From positions 25,484,001 to 25,548,000 of the forward strand of contig NC_086118.1 in assembly GCF_963921235.1 (NCBI RefSeq): 64,000 nt of DNA. Direction: 5' to 3'. The translations under genes and the position numbers were made by a program. This DNA comes from Mobula hypostoma. Taxonomy: Eukaryota. Shown here in pieces: positions 1 through 60,979 of the stretch; the stretch's first letter is position 1, and every line of letters starts with the position of its first letter. The notes below the pieces were generated by a model. The model was not told the DNA's origin. It did no database searches and was given only the letters and a program-made list of their open reading frames with translations.

Positions 1-49
1 GCCCTCTATATGCCACAAACAACCTTCGATGTTTTGCTTTCTAATATAT

Positions 50-285
50 AGTTGTGTCCTTGAGCAAGGCACTTAATCACACATTGCTCTGCGACGACAC
101 TGGTGCCAAGCTGTATGGGTCCTAATGCCCGTCCCTTGGACAACATTGGTGGTGTAGAGAGGGGAGACTTGCAGCATGGGCAACTGCTGGTCTTCCATAC
201 AACCTTGCCCAGGCTTGCACCCTGGAGAGTGAAGACTTTCCAGGAGCAGATCCATGGTCTCGCAAGACTAACGGATGCCTTTTAT
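50..285 (+). mobile_element. SINE-like interspersed repeat fragment
   Basis: GTGTCCTTGAGCAAGGCACTTAA core resembling fish SINE cores; family not determined. Confidence 0.5.
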
Positions 286-369
286 ATAGTCCAAGACCAG
301 AACAAACCACACAGAAATAGCCAAAATTCAAGTATTAACTTTAGGCTGCACATTTCAAACATTGTGATC

Positions 370-1395
370 ATAGAATATAGAAATTTACAGCACATTACAG
401 GCCCTTCAGCCCAATGCTTTGTTGACCATGTAACCTACTCTTGAGACTGCCTAGAATTTCCCTAGCTCATAGCTCTATTATTCTAAGCTCCAGGTACCTA
501 TCTAAGATGCTCTTAAAAGACCCATTGTATCCGCTTCCACCACCACCACCGGTGCATTCCACGCACCCACCACTGTGTGGGGAAAAAAAAAAACTTTCCC
601 CTGACATCCCCTCAGTACCCATTTCCAAGCACCTTAAAACTATGTCCCCTTGTGTTAGCCATTTCAGCCCTGGGAATAAGCCCCTGGCTATCCACACAAT
701 GTCCCTCATCAGCTTATACATCTATATCAGGTCACCTCTCATACTCCGTCACTCCAAGGAGAAAAGGCCAAGTACGCTCAACCTATTCTCATAAGGTACG
801 CCTTCCAATCCAGGCAACATGCTTGTAAATCTCCTCTGCACTCTATAGTATCCACATCCTTCCTGTAGTGAGGTGACTAGAACTAAACACAGTACTCCAA
901 GTGGGGTCTGAGCAAAGTCTTATATAGCTGTAACATTACCTCACAGCTCTTGAACTCAATCCCACGGTTGATGAATGCTAACACACCATATGCCTTTTTA
1001 ACGCAGTCAACCTGTGGAGCAGCTTTGAGTGTCCTATTGACACAGACCCCAACATCTCCCAGATCCTCCACTCTGCCAAGAACCTTACCATTTATATTAC
1101 ATTCCGTCTTCAAATTGACCTATCAAAATGAACCACTTCACACTCATCTGGGTTGAGGTCCATCTGCCACTTCTCAGCCCAGTTCTGCATTCTATTGATG
1201 TCCCGCTGTAACCTCTAACAACCCTCCAGACTATCCATAACACCTCCAACCTTTGTGTCATCAGCAAACTTACTAACCCACCCTTCTACTTTTTCATCCA
1301 GGTCATTTATTTAAAAAAAAAAATCACAAAGAGGAGAGGTCCCAGGACAGATCTCTGGGAACACCACTGGTCACTGACCTCCAAGTAGAATACAT
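370..1395 (-). mobile_element. CR1 LINE, 5'-truncated, degenerate
   Basis: ORF 883..1113 has KKAYGVLAFINRGIEFKS..LYKTLLRPHLEYCV (CR1 ORF2 C-terminus); 3' tail at ~370; same family as 50095-50525. Confidence 0.9.
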
Positions 1396-1720
1396 ACCAA
1401 CCGACTTCCATGCAGATATTAGTTATTAGTCACTGAATTTTAAAGACTGCTGCTATGGATTTGTTTTGGGTCATACTGTTATACAAGATTTTTTTTTAAA
1501 AAAAGAGTTTATTGATAATTTAATCAGCTATATCTCGCCCTGTTAAAAGTCCAACACAGATAGCTTCATCTCATTTCACTGACTCAAGTTTATTTCCAAA
1601 CTTGCAGTTAGATAAATATTTTTGTTTATGTGGTTGCCCCAGGTTGGTAACTTCTCTACTCAAACTTGTGTTATCTGCACCAATAAGCGTGGCATTTCCC
1701 CTTTGCCTGGTTGACGCCTA

Positions 1721-50736
<49,016 letters not shown>

Positions 50737-52214
50737 CTGCAAGAAAAAAAACATTTTATCAAAGTTATTTCTTATTATTTTTAATCAATAGAATTTATAC
50801 CAAGCTTGAGAGGAAATGTATATAAACACATTCTACTGAAGTCATAAGTTCATTTCTGAAAATTCCAGAATTATCACTAAGTTCAAATACTCAACTAAAG
50901 CCAAAAAGAGGAACAAACACCTGTGACAAATACTTGCACTACCTCACTGAAACCTGATAACATGTACTGTATATTACCAAAAAGTTAACAAGTCAAGGTC
51001 ATGCACAAAAGTGAGTGCCCCAGAGAATGAGTAAACTGCAGAACTGGGAAATTCTTTGCCAGAAAATAGACAATGGTAAAAGGTTAGGCTCAATTCAAAA
51101 ACCAGTTTAGTCTATCAAATTACCTCCCCACCCTTTCCCCTAGTTTAAGTTATGGGTCTTTTTTAAAAAAAAAACTGTATCATGATTCCATTAACGGTGA
51201 CAATTAAAAGTATCACTCAAATTCAATGTGATACAATACTACTGGCTTGACCGATGTGGTGGTTTATGGAATCTTATTCAAAAATACTACTAAAAATTGC
51301 TCTTTCTCGAATTTAAACTTCTTAGGTGACCCATAACATTCTAAAATTCTTCAACAGAGTACTGCAGGCAGCAGCATCGGCACAACATATGAACATGTTT
51401 CTGTTACTGATCTGTAGTCCGTAGAGGATTGAAGTCATTGCTGCCTTGGAACTAGATTGTTTTCATTCTGAGAAACTTAAATCAAGAGCTACTCTGATGG
51501 CTCCCAGAAGACCATGTTTAAAAGAATATATTTTAATGAATGCTGTACAGCAGAAAACTCTGTCCGGCGGGGGGGGGGGGGGGGGGCTTTGAGACAAGAG
51601 GGGAGAAATACATGAATCAGTCAGAAGAGAAAAGTGGAAGAGGAGGAAGGGCAGAAGAGGAGAGGAATTTAAAGTACAAAAGACAAGATGCTGAATGAAT
51701 ACTAACTGGGTATAAACCAACTCATTTTATGGCTACATTTTGGCAAAGTTTGTTTTACTACACATTACCCCACAAGGTCAAAAAGCATTTCTTTGCGGTT
51801 ACCCAAGCCACAGTCTCAAACTGATGATTCTTTTAATCTGAAGCAAAAACGCAGATAAACAATGCATCTCTTCAACAATCCTTCCCAGCACTATATTTTT
51901 TTTAAAAAAATTCACTAGAGATCAAAACACTCAAGTTAAAAGTGGAAATCCAGCCAAAATTCAGTAAATGGCTGAATATTTACATAAGCCATGCACTTAA
52001 GCACAACTCAAAAGAAAAAAGTTCTCAAATAACTCAGAATCCCGACACACTCAAGGAGGGAGACATTTCAGCTTATCGATAGGTATTTTCAAAAATTTAA
52101 AACTATTTTCACTTCATGCGTACTTTCTGAACTGTTGTCTACCCAAGCCAAAAAGTTTAGAGTACCCCAGGGTTTTGAAGTCAGGTGGCCAATTATCTGC
52201 TTACTCTAACCTGA

Positions 52215-52826
52215 AAGTTCAAAGTAAATTTTATTGGCAAAGTACATATTTGTCACCATATACAATCCTGAGATTAATCTTCCTGCAGACATGCTCAGCA
52301 AATCTACAGAATAGTAACTGTAACATGATCAATGAAAGATCTAAAGTGCAGAAGGCAACAAACTGTAAATGCAAATATAAATAGCAATACATAACAAGAA
52401 CATGAAATAAGTAGTAGTTAAAGTGAAATCATTGCTTGTGGGATGGGCAAGTGAGTGTAGTTATCCCCTTTGTTCACGAGTCTGATAGTTCTGGGGGGGG
52501 GGGGGTACTAACTGTTCATCTGCCTGGTGCTTTTGAGTCCTGAGGCTTTTGTACCTTCTGCCTGACGGCAGCAGCAAGAAAAGTGTGTGGCCTGGGTAGT
52601 GAGGATCTCTGATAATGGATGCTGCTTTTCTCCGACAGCATTTCATGTAGATGTGCTAAATCGTTGGGAGTGTTTTACCTGTGATGTACTGGGCTGAATC
52701 CACCACTGTTTGCAGGATTTGGTGCTTCAACACTAGGCGATGATGCAGCCAATCATTACGCTCTCCACTACACATTTACAGATATTTGTCAAAGTTTTAG
52801 ATGTCATGCCAGATCTCCATAAACTC
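52215..52826 (-). mobile_element. Rex1-like LINE 3' fragment
   Basis: ORF 52461..52646 reads KAASIIRDPHYPGHTLFLLLPSGRRYKSLRT. Confidence 0.8.
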
Positions 52827-55067
52827 TTAAGGATTTAATACAAATTCTAAGAAATTCTTGAAAACATCTTTCCATTCAGTTTGCATTAAACATTGCCTTT
52901 TATGACAATAATTGTCACAGCCCCACTGAGGCATTATCTTCACTAACATTACCATTTGAGTCATTAGGCTAAGCTGAAATATCTAAATTTGCTTTCTGGT
53001 ACTAGGGTTCATGGAAAGCTAAGGAATTCACCTCCAGCAGTCTTGGTGTTTTTAATACTTTCTCCTTTCTCAAATACTTTCAGTTTTTCCTGGTTAAAAA
53101 GTGCAGACCTTTGAAATAATGATAATCATCGAGTCTTAATTTATGACTTCAGTATGAGAAAGTATTAGTACAAAGATAAAGTACACTATGCTGGTTGGAG
53201 ATAGAGGTGAAGTGTTCTTACGCAAGCAATTCTACTCCATCTGGTTATGATTACAAGCACACAGCTAAGGATTTGCAAAAAGTATAACATTTTGGCTTTC
53301 CTCTCAAGACCAAGTACTGAAATTCCTTCTGACAAATCTCATAGTTGGCTAAGAATATGATTGTTCAGAGTACTGGGAACATATGACAGCTGTTGTCATA
53401 TCTATTTTAACACCCACTACACTTGAGTCAATACCATTAAGAAATTATTTAAACACCCATGAAACTTACATTGTTGCCCACAAATTGTTGAAACATCATC
53501 GTAACACAAAATATATATTCTTAGTCCACTGACAGGATACCACCAGTGGTTGGATGCCAGAAAGGCAACTGTAACTAAAAGTTAATTTATAGTAATGAGC
53601 AATCTCAAACTGTATCTAACCGGGATGGTTGTAATGATCCTACAGTCATTCCTATAGAGGTCTAAAGGTCAACACCCTAATACAATGTACTAGTATATTG
53701 CAAACCAACTTCTCATACACTGTTTTGCAGTCCCAGTGCAAGTTTATATCCAAAATTTGTTTAAGCTATAAAATGAAACTTGCACAATAAATGCAAGATC
53801 TCTAGAGGGTTAAGGCCAGAAGTATTTGTTGAACAAGCATTTTCTCCTCAGAGGCCATATAATTCTGTTTTCTCTCTGATGTTCATGTTTTAAAATGGAA
53901 AGCTGTCAATAAGTAGTCTTAAACAATGACAGCTCACTCTTTACATAGGTACTAATGCATTACAGAATGGAAATTTGATACAAATTTATAACATTCATTC
54001 CAGTAATTCTAAGATGCATTTCTAAAACCTCTTCTGAAATATGCAAAAGTTAGAATATTGAATTAAGTTTTCTTACAGAAGGTTCACTTCTATATTTAGA
54101 GACTCAGCTGGTAGCATATAATTGGCTTATGAAGCAACATCCAATTTTGTTGGATTTTAAACAGTTTTACATCATTGTACAAAAATTATCTTTTGGAAAA
54201 TAGGACAAAGAATCTATTCATTTAGAATCATTGATATATACAGCATAGAAACAGCCTCTCAGCTCATCATATCCATCCATGCTAAGCCTAGACTTATCCT
54301 ATTATTTTAATCTTTCTTCCTATCAATGATTATCTCCTTCCCACTTACTTGCCCCATCACCCTTCCTGAGGAGTAAGCTAATTAACCTACAAACCCAAAC
54401 CTCGCACGTTGGTAGGTTAATGGTCACTGTAACTTGCATGTGGAAGGAAACAAAATACCCTCGAGTTGGAGAGAACATGCAAGCTCCCCAAACTTAATCA
54501 AACCCAAGTTTCTCCAACTGCAAGGTAGCAGCACTGACCACTGTGGATCTTATTATTGTTTTCACTAAATACAGGATGGTAGGAAATGAACATCCACAAG
54601 GTGGGAGAAGAGAATGGACAGTTCAACAATGATAGAAATAAATAAGATACAGAACAAATGTGCACTGGCAACGCTTGAAATAATTAACCATTCAGGTAGA
54701 ATGGTTTTGTCACAGTAAACCTTCCTTGTGAAAGAGGGGCAACAGCTACCCAGATGATTCTAATATTTATGGAGCCATCTGGATGATGTATTAATAAGTA
54801 GTATTAGAAATAAAACAATGTAAAGTAGTGACATACAGGTAACAGCTGACAGAATTGGTACGACAAGAACGTTAGAAATGCTCAGGCTACATTAGGAGAG
54901 AAAAAACATTAATATTTCAGATGGAAAATAGTGCATCATAATTGGCCAGTTCTAATACAAACCTAGAAAATGGGTTACTCAAAATCATTATCAATACAAG
55001 CTGCAATGTGCCCAAAAAGATGAAGACCTCACATTCATAAATGAAAGTGGGGCAGAGAATTGAACTA

Positions 55068-56559
55068 CAGTTGCAAGTGTGTGAACCCTTTGCACTTAGC
55101 TGGTTTTCTGCATTAATTACTCATAAAATGTGGTCTGATCTTCATCTAAGTCACAAAATAGACCAACCCCATCGGCCAAATCTTCTAACAATTCTTTGAC
55201 TTCTCATCAATACCAAGTACACCAGTTAAACAATTACAGCCTAGGTTCAAAAATGTATGTGAACCTCTGGGGTAATGTCTTCTGCAAAAGCTATTTGGAG
55301 TCAGGTGTTCCAATCGATGAGATGAGATTGGAGGTGTGGGTTGTAGAGGTGCCCTGCCTTATAAAAAGACTCAATGTCAGGTTACTGACAGAGCCTTCTC
55401 TTCAGAAGATCTGTTTATATGTACCATGCCTCAATCAAATCAACTTTCAAGAAGAATTGTAGAGATGCATGAAGCTGGAAAAGGTTAGAAAAGCATTTCT
55501 AAAGACCTGAGTGTTCGTCAGTCCACAGTCAGAGAAATTGTCTACAAATGGAGGAAACTCAGTGCTGTTGCTACCCTCCCTAGGAATGGGCATCCTGCCA
55601 AGATCACACCAAGAGCCGAACGTGCAGTGGTGAAAGAGGTGGAAAAGAACCCAAGGGTAACAGCAACAGACCTGCAGGGATCTATAGAATGGTGCTCATG
55701 GAAGAACATCACGGAAGAAACCACTGCTCTCCAAAAAAAAAATAGCAAACAAAACATTACTGCACATCTCAAGTTTGCAAAAGACCACCTGGATGTTCCA
55801 CAATGCTTTTGGGACAATGTTCTGTGGACAGATAAGACAAAAGTTAACTTCTTGGCAAAAATTCACAGCGCTATGTTTAAAGGAAAAAGGGCACTGTGCA
55901 CCAGAACCTCACTGCACACCAGCATCATTGTTTGGGGCAGCTTTGCTGCCTCAGGGCCTGGACAGTTTGCAATCATTGAGGGAACAATGAATTCAAAATT
56001 GTATCATGGCATTTTACAGGAGAATGTCAGTCCATCATCTGAGGCTTAATAGAAGTTGGATAATGCAACAAGACAATGCTCCAAAAGACAAGAGTAAGTC
56101 AACAGAATGGTTTAAAAAGAACTTATATTTTAGAATGGCCAAGTCAGAGTCCAGATCTTAAGCCAATTGAGATACTGTGCACTACCTGAAGAGGGCTGTT
56201 CATGCAAGGTATCTCAGATATATTAAAGAACTGAAAAAGTTTTCTATGAAGGAATGGTCTAAAATTCCTCCTCACCGCTGTACAAGTCTGATCATTTGAT
56301 GGAGGTTACTGCTGCTAAAGGAGGTTCTACCAGTTATTAAATACAAGGGTTCACCTACTTTTCCCAGCCTGGACTGTGGATAATTAAACAATGTTTTCAA
56401 TAAAGATATGCAAAGTACAATTGTTTGTGTGTTATTGGTTTAGGCAGATGGTGCGTGTCTATTATTGTGACTTAGATGAAGATGAGACCACATTTTATGA
56501 GTAATTAATTCAGAAAACCAGGTAATTGCAAAGGTTTCATGAACTTTTACTTGCAACTG
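55068..56559 (+). mobile_element. Tc1-like DNA transposon with long TIRs, degenerate
   Basis: TA-CAGTTGCAAG...CTTGCAACTG-TA; >100-nt inverted repeats; transposase remnants HLKFAKDHL, WDNVLWTDKTK, QQDNAPK, PSQSPDL. Confidence 0.92.
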
Positions 56560-57493
56560 TATATGTAATTGGAAATTTTTTCTGCAGACTAAAGCAGAAA
56601 GGTGATCCATATAGCAATGAGGAAAGAGTGCCATACACTAGATTAGAAGAGCCAGTGACTACGTATTTGCTAGATAAAGGGAAACAAATGAAAAGTCCAG
56701 AGGTTGCATTGGAAAGTGTTGGGAGAAAGGGACTGGTTGTTGAAGTTGGAATGTAGTCCTATGGATTAAAGGAGTGAGCCATTTAGAAAGTTAAAAGGCA
56801 TTGTGTATATTCATGGAATTCCTTTGAAAGAAACTGATGATGGGTTCATTGAGGTGTCTGATGGAATGGAAAGCAGGAACAAGAGGAAAACTGTCTTTGC
56901 TTTGACCAAGAAAATGGATAGATGAAAAGTGCAGGAAATTGGGACCTCAGACCTTTGTGCATCTACCATATATGGTGGACGGTAGGACAGAGTTCAAGGA
57001 GGCCACCATCCCAAACAGCACCCATGTGAAAAGTCAAATCACAGCAAATGCAGAGGGGGTTAACTGGGATCGCAGAATCCTTACAGGTTGCATGGTAGGA
57101 AGAAGTTGAAACAGGGATGGGTGCCTGTGGACTTGAAATGAATATTTTGTCAAACGCCCTTCCTGGAGATACAGACAGTGATCCAGAATGAAAAGTCAGA
57201 TGCATCATGTGAAGGCAAGGGTTGATATTGGTGGGGGGAAAAAACTGAAACTTGAGTTCCACGAATTGAGGAAACATCACAAATACAGGTATCGATATAT
57301 CGAGAAATATCCAAGGGAGCAGCCCCAAGGATTATACCATGCATCCCACACGCAAAAAAAAATAGCTTGGGCCAAGTTACATTTGACACGGAGAAGGTGG
57401 GCGATTTCGAAGTTGTCTAATATCAGAACAGCTTAAGCCAGGTGGTGATTGGTACTGGTCGGGCACATTCAAGACGACAAAGGACACTCACTC

Positions 57494-57818
57494 CAATGTC
57501 CACTCTGAGGAGTGCACAAAAAACACATTTTTTGCTACTAGTGCACAAAGGAATTTAAACTGTGCCCAAAGAGTTGTCACTAAGAATGTTAATTATATTT
57601 CACAATGGAGACAATCACATTTCCTTTTCCAGTTTCTGATTCAGACGGTGTTGACAACATGGAACTTGATTTCTCTGCAGATTTTAGAACTGGCTTACTT
57701 ATACTGTTTTTATTAAAAAATTATTCAGTGCGTACATGCTGCTGTCACTGGACACAAAAAAATTGCACAGCACAATATTTTTGTGCACACTGATCATTAC
57801 AAATTAGAGGGAATATTG
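57494..57818. mobile_element. hAT-type MITE
   Basis: TIR CAATGTCCACTCT / AGAGGGAATATTG; 8-bp TSD ACTCACTC/CCTCACTC; repeated GTGCACA subterminal motifs. Confidence 0.65.
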
Positions 57819-59818
57819 CCTCACTCCATCCATCCTCGGATGTTGCAGCTTGCAGGACTAGGCAACGTTGTTCATTTACGTCAGAACTGGTCAGCTCTCC
57901 TGCAAGGATACCCATCGTTAATGTTAGTTCGGTTTTTCCCATCTTCACGAACACTTCCCGATTTATTGCACATTTCCAACATGCTCCTTTTGGTTTCAGC
58001 TCTCTACGACAGCCAAGCACAATCCAAGCACAGCTTTAATATGTCTTTCTCTTTCTCCTTAGCAATTTTCACTAATCCATCAGCCAGATATAGTCATAAA
58101 CAGTGCATCACCATGGCAACCCTGCCCTAAACCTAACAGAACAATTTCTTTTCTATGATCTCCAACTTGAAACTAATGATTCGGATAAAAGCTCAAGGGT
58201 TGACGAACTTTCTTGCAACTGTATATGCAACTGGAAACTTTTTTTCTGCTGACTGTCACTGTAGGCACCTGCGCCTGCATGTGCGCACATTTTAAGGTTG
58301 ATGCAGGGTTTCGACCCAACATGTCGACAATTCCTTTCCCCACATAGATGCTGCTCAACCCACCGGGTTTCTCCAGCAGATTGTTACTGAAGATTCTAGC
58401 ATCAGCAGTGACTTGTGTTTTCTTGGTAGAACTTGAATTTGTTTTCTGGCACCTACCACACACAGTTGAGTCCTTTTGGGTCATGTTAGGTTACGGATGC
58501 CCATACACAGATCACATCTGATGTAGATCAGATCTTAAATTCTCTGCTGAGCCAACGCTAGCAGGAAGCATGAATGAAGATCACATATACACAACATGAA
58601 AAGTAACTAGATAATCTGCTTCCGCTTGATCGCCACTGAAGTATCTGGCTGGTCGTGAGTGGACATTGATTTGCAATGCAGCATGAAACAAGATGTGTGT
58701 TCTCAACCCAGTCAGCACTTCAATCCTAACAAACAGTCTCTAGGGAGAATGTCTCTGGAAGCCACAACTGATGCTTAACTGGAAATGTCAACAGGGAGAA
58801 TCATGTCTGTTGTGTAATTATTTACTTATCTGCATTTTACTTATCTGCCCTCAAATGTTTCTGTCAGCACTTCAATTTTTTTTAGGCCAAGGGTAATAAA
58901 CTTTTTAGAATTTAGTTTCAATAACTGAAAATGCATTAACTGTTACTGGTCATTCAAATTCTCCCCCTCCCATGTATAATTTAATATTTGATAAATTCTT
59001 AGGTAATTTTACCAATTCCATCAGATGATCAGCCATTTGCTCTATATATTTTTTATATAGAAGAGAACATGGCTGGAAACATGGGTCTTTCCTTTTCTAA
59101 AGCTCCAACAATATCCCTGTTTACGAAAAAAAACACATTGAGAATCACAGCACAGTCTGATAACATGAAAATAATTTGCAGATGCCCTGCTTTGGATTAA
59201 ATATTTCAAACTTTGGCTACAAAGTTCCTAGCATTTCACACTTCTAAAGATCTTGGATCAATTATTCTAGAAACAGCATTTCAGCCTCAAATATTTGAGC
59301 AAACAAATCTTTTTTGTAATATAAAGCTCCAAATATGGCAAAGATTGGATGAATCCAAGTTTATCTTTTGCAATCCGGGTTATTAATTTCAGTCTAAAAG
59401 TCACTCATATTGATGTTTACCAGCCAAGTGTTACCACATGATTAAAATGTTTGCCAGGCATGGATTTGCTCCTTCAAAGGTTGTACGCAAGATGTTGCTG
59501 GCTTTTCCATGAAACTAAAAACTAGTGTACATTCCAATTGAAATGGTACTTTATCATTCAGGTATACAGAAAATATGATTCCTGCAAATAGAGCACTGCA
59601 TAATAAAGTTAACAATCTATTTTGAAACTACTTGTCTATGCCTAAAAATAATAAACTAAATGGTAATCTTGAGCCAAGGTCATTTTGTCATCCAGTTATT
59701 TTTCTTTAACCCAGTTTTTAAAATACTGGAATAGCATAGCAAGCTGCAACTTAAACTGGCAAAAACTAAAAGTAAAAAAATATTTTTCTCCAATTCAAAA
59801 AATGATTTGTCATGACAA

Positions 59819-59972
59819 CACACCTAAAAGTTGCTGGTGAACACAGCAGGCCAGGCAGCATCTCTAGGAAGAGGTACAGTCAACATTTCGGGCCAAGACC
59901 CTTCGTCAGCTCCACACACTTCTATGTGTGTTGCTTGAAATTCCAGCATCTGCAGATTTCCTCGTGTTTGCG
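59819..59972. mobile_element. Short Penelope-derived insertion with inverted ends
   Basis: Minus-strand pLTR piece with hammerhead-like core plus plus-strand tail; TSD TTTGTCATGACAA at 59806-59818 and 59973-59985. Confidence 0.75.
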
Positions 59973-60979
59973 TTTGTCATGACAATTTGACAGCCAAAGT
60001 CTCATATCAACTTCAGTCAATACAGCAGTTATGGTGATGTCTCTGAAATCATACTGCCCAAAGCTGCTCAGCAGATACAAGAGGTGTGTGATGGTTGTCC
60101 TAATAAACCCGTGAGGAGCATGCACCTTCACTCATACTCAAACAAGTCGAGCCACTTATTTCCCTTCCTTCCTCACCTCCTCCTCCACAAGCCATACTTG
60201 GCCAAAGGACTGATTGATTTCATGTTAAAATTGCATTTGTAACTGAAGCCCAATTAATAACTGAATTCTGATAACAGGTCAGGAATAAAATCAAGATTAG
60301 CCATCTGATAGTTCGATCAACTGCAGCTTTAACTTTCCTCCTAAAGCTTACAGAAAATCTCCCAAACTGAATGAGATTCAGTTGATATAACAGCATAGGT
60401 CAAGCATCAAACTAGATGGGGAACATTATTATTCTTGCCACTGGCTTAAATAAAATTTCAAATCATTAACTAAAGACCATTAAAGAATAAAAATGCAGCA
60501 GTGATGTCCATGGTTTCGGAATCGGATTTGCTTTTGAAAAGTTGGTGCTTAAGTTACTGCACCATTTCTTGACTAGAAATATATACATAAAACTGTATAG
60601 TATTGTCAAGTGACATCAAGACTTCCAATTTTCCTGAATAAATAGTTTTTATAACTATTAGCCCTTTTAGATAAATAGCAAACATGCATGGCCAATCAAA
60701 GGTGTGTCCAGGGCAAAGTCAAATTTTGGCAGATAACCAAGTTAAATCTTTGGGCTGAACATGGTAAAACAGTAATACAGTTTTCTTTGTTGTAGGAACA
60801 TTCAGATGAAATCACTTCGCTTTCCATACAAGGACAAACACTGAGCTAAGTTCTTTGCCACCTTATTGCTTTTATTTTATTAAAAAATATAGCCAAGTAC
60901 CACAACTAGATTTGGAAGCTTAAATAATCATGCCATTTCAATCTGGACCCAAATTTTCACAAGTGACCCCTGTGATTTT

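Noticed and set aside
53030..53095. Minus-strand GKTE..-like stretch suggesting the P-loop exon GESGAGKTENTKK
   Set aside because: No GESGAG, and the frame hits stops; chance similarity
57830..58130. Coding-like minus-strand stretch (LADGLVKIAKEKEKDILKLCLDC)
   Set aside because: Short, stop-interrupted, and ends at a GGGTTGCCA transposon-like terminus; probably an unclassified DNA transposon remnant
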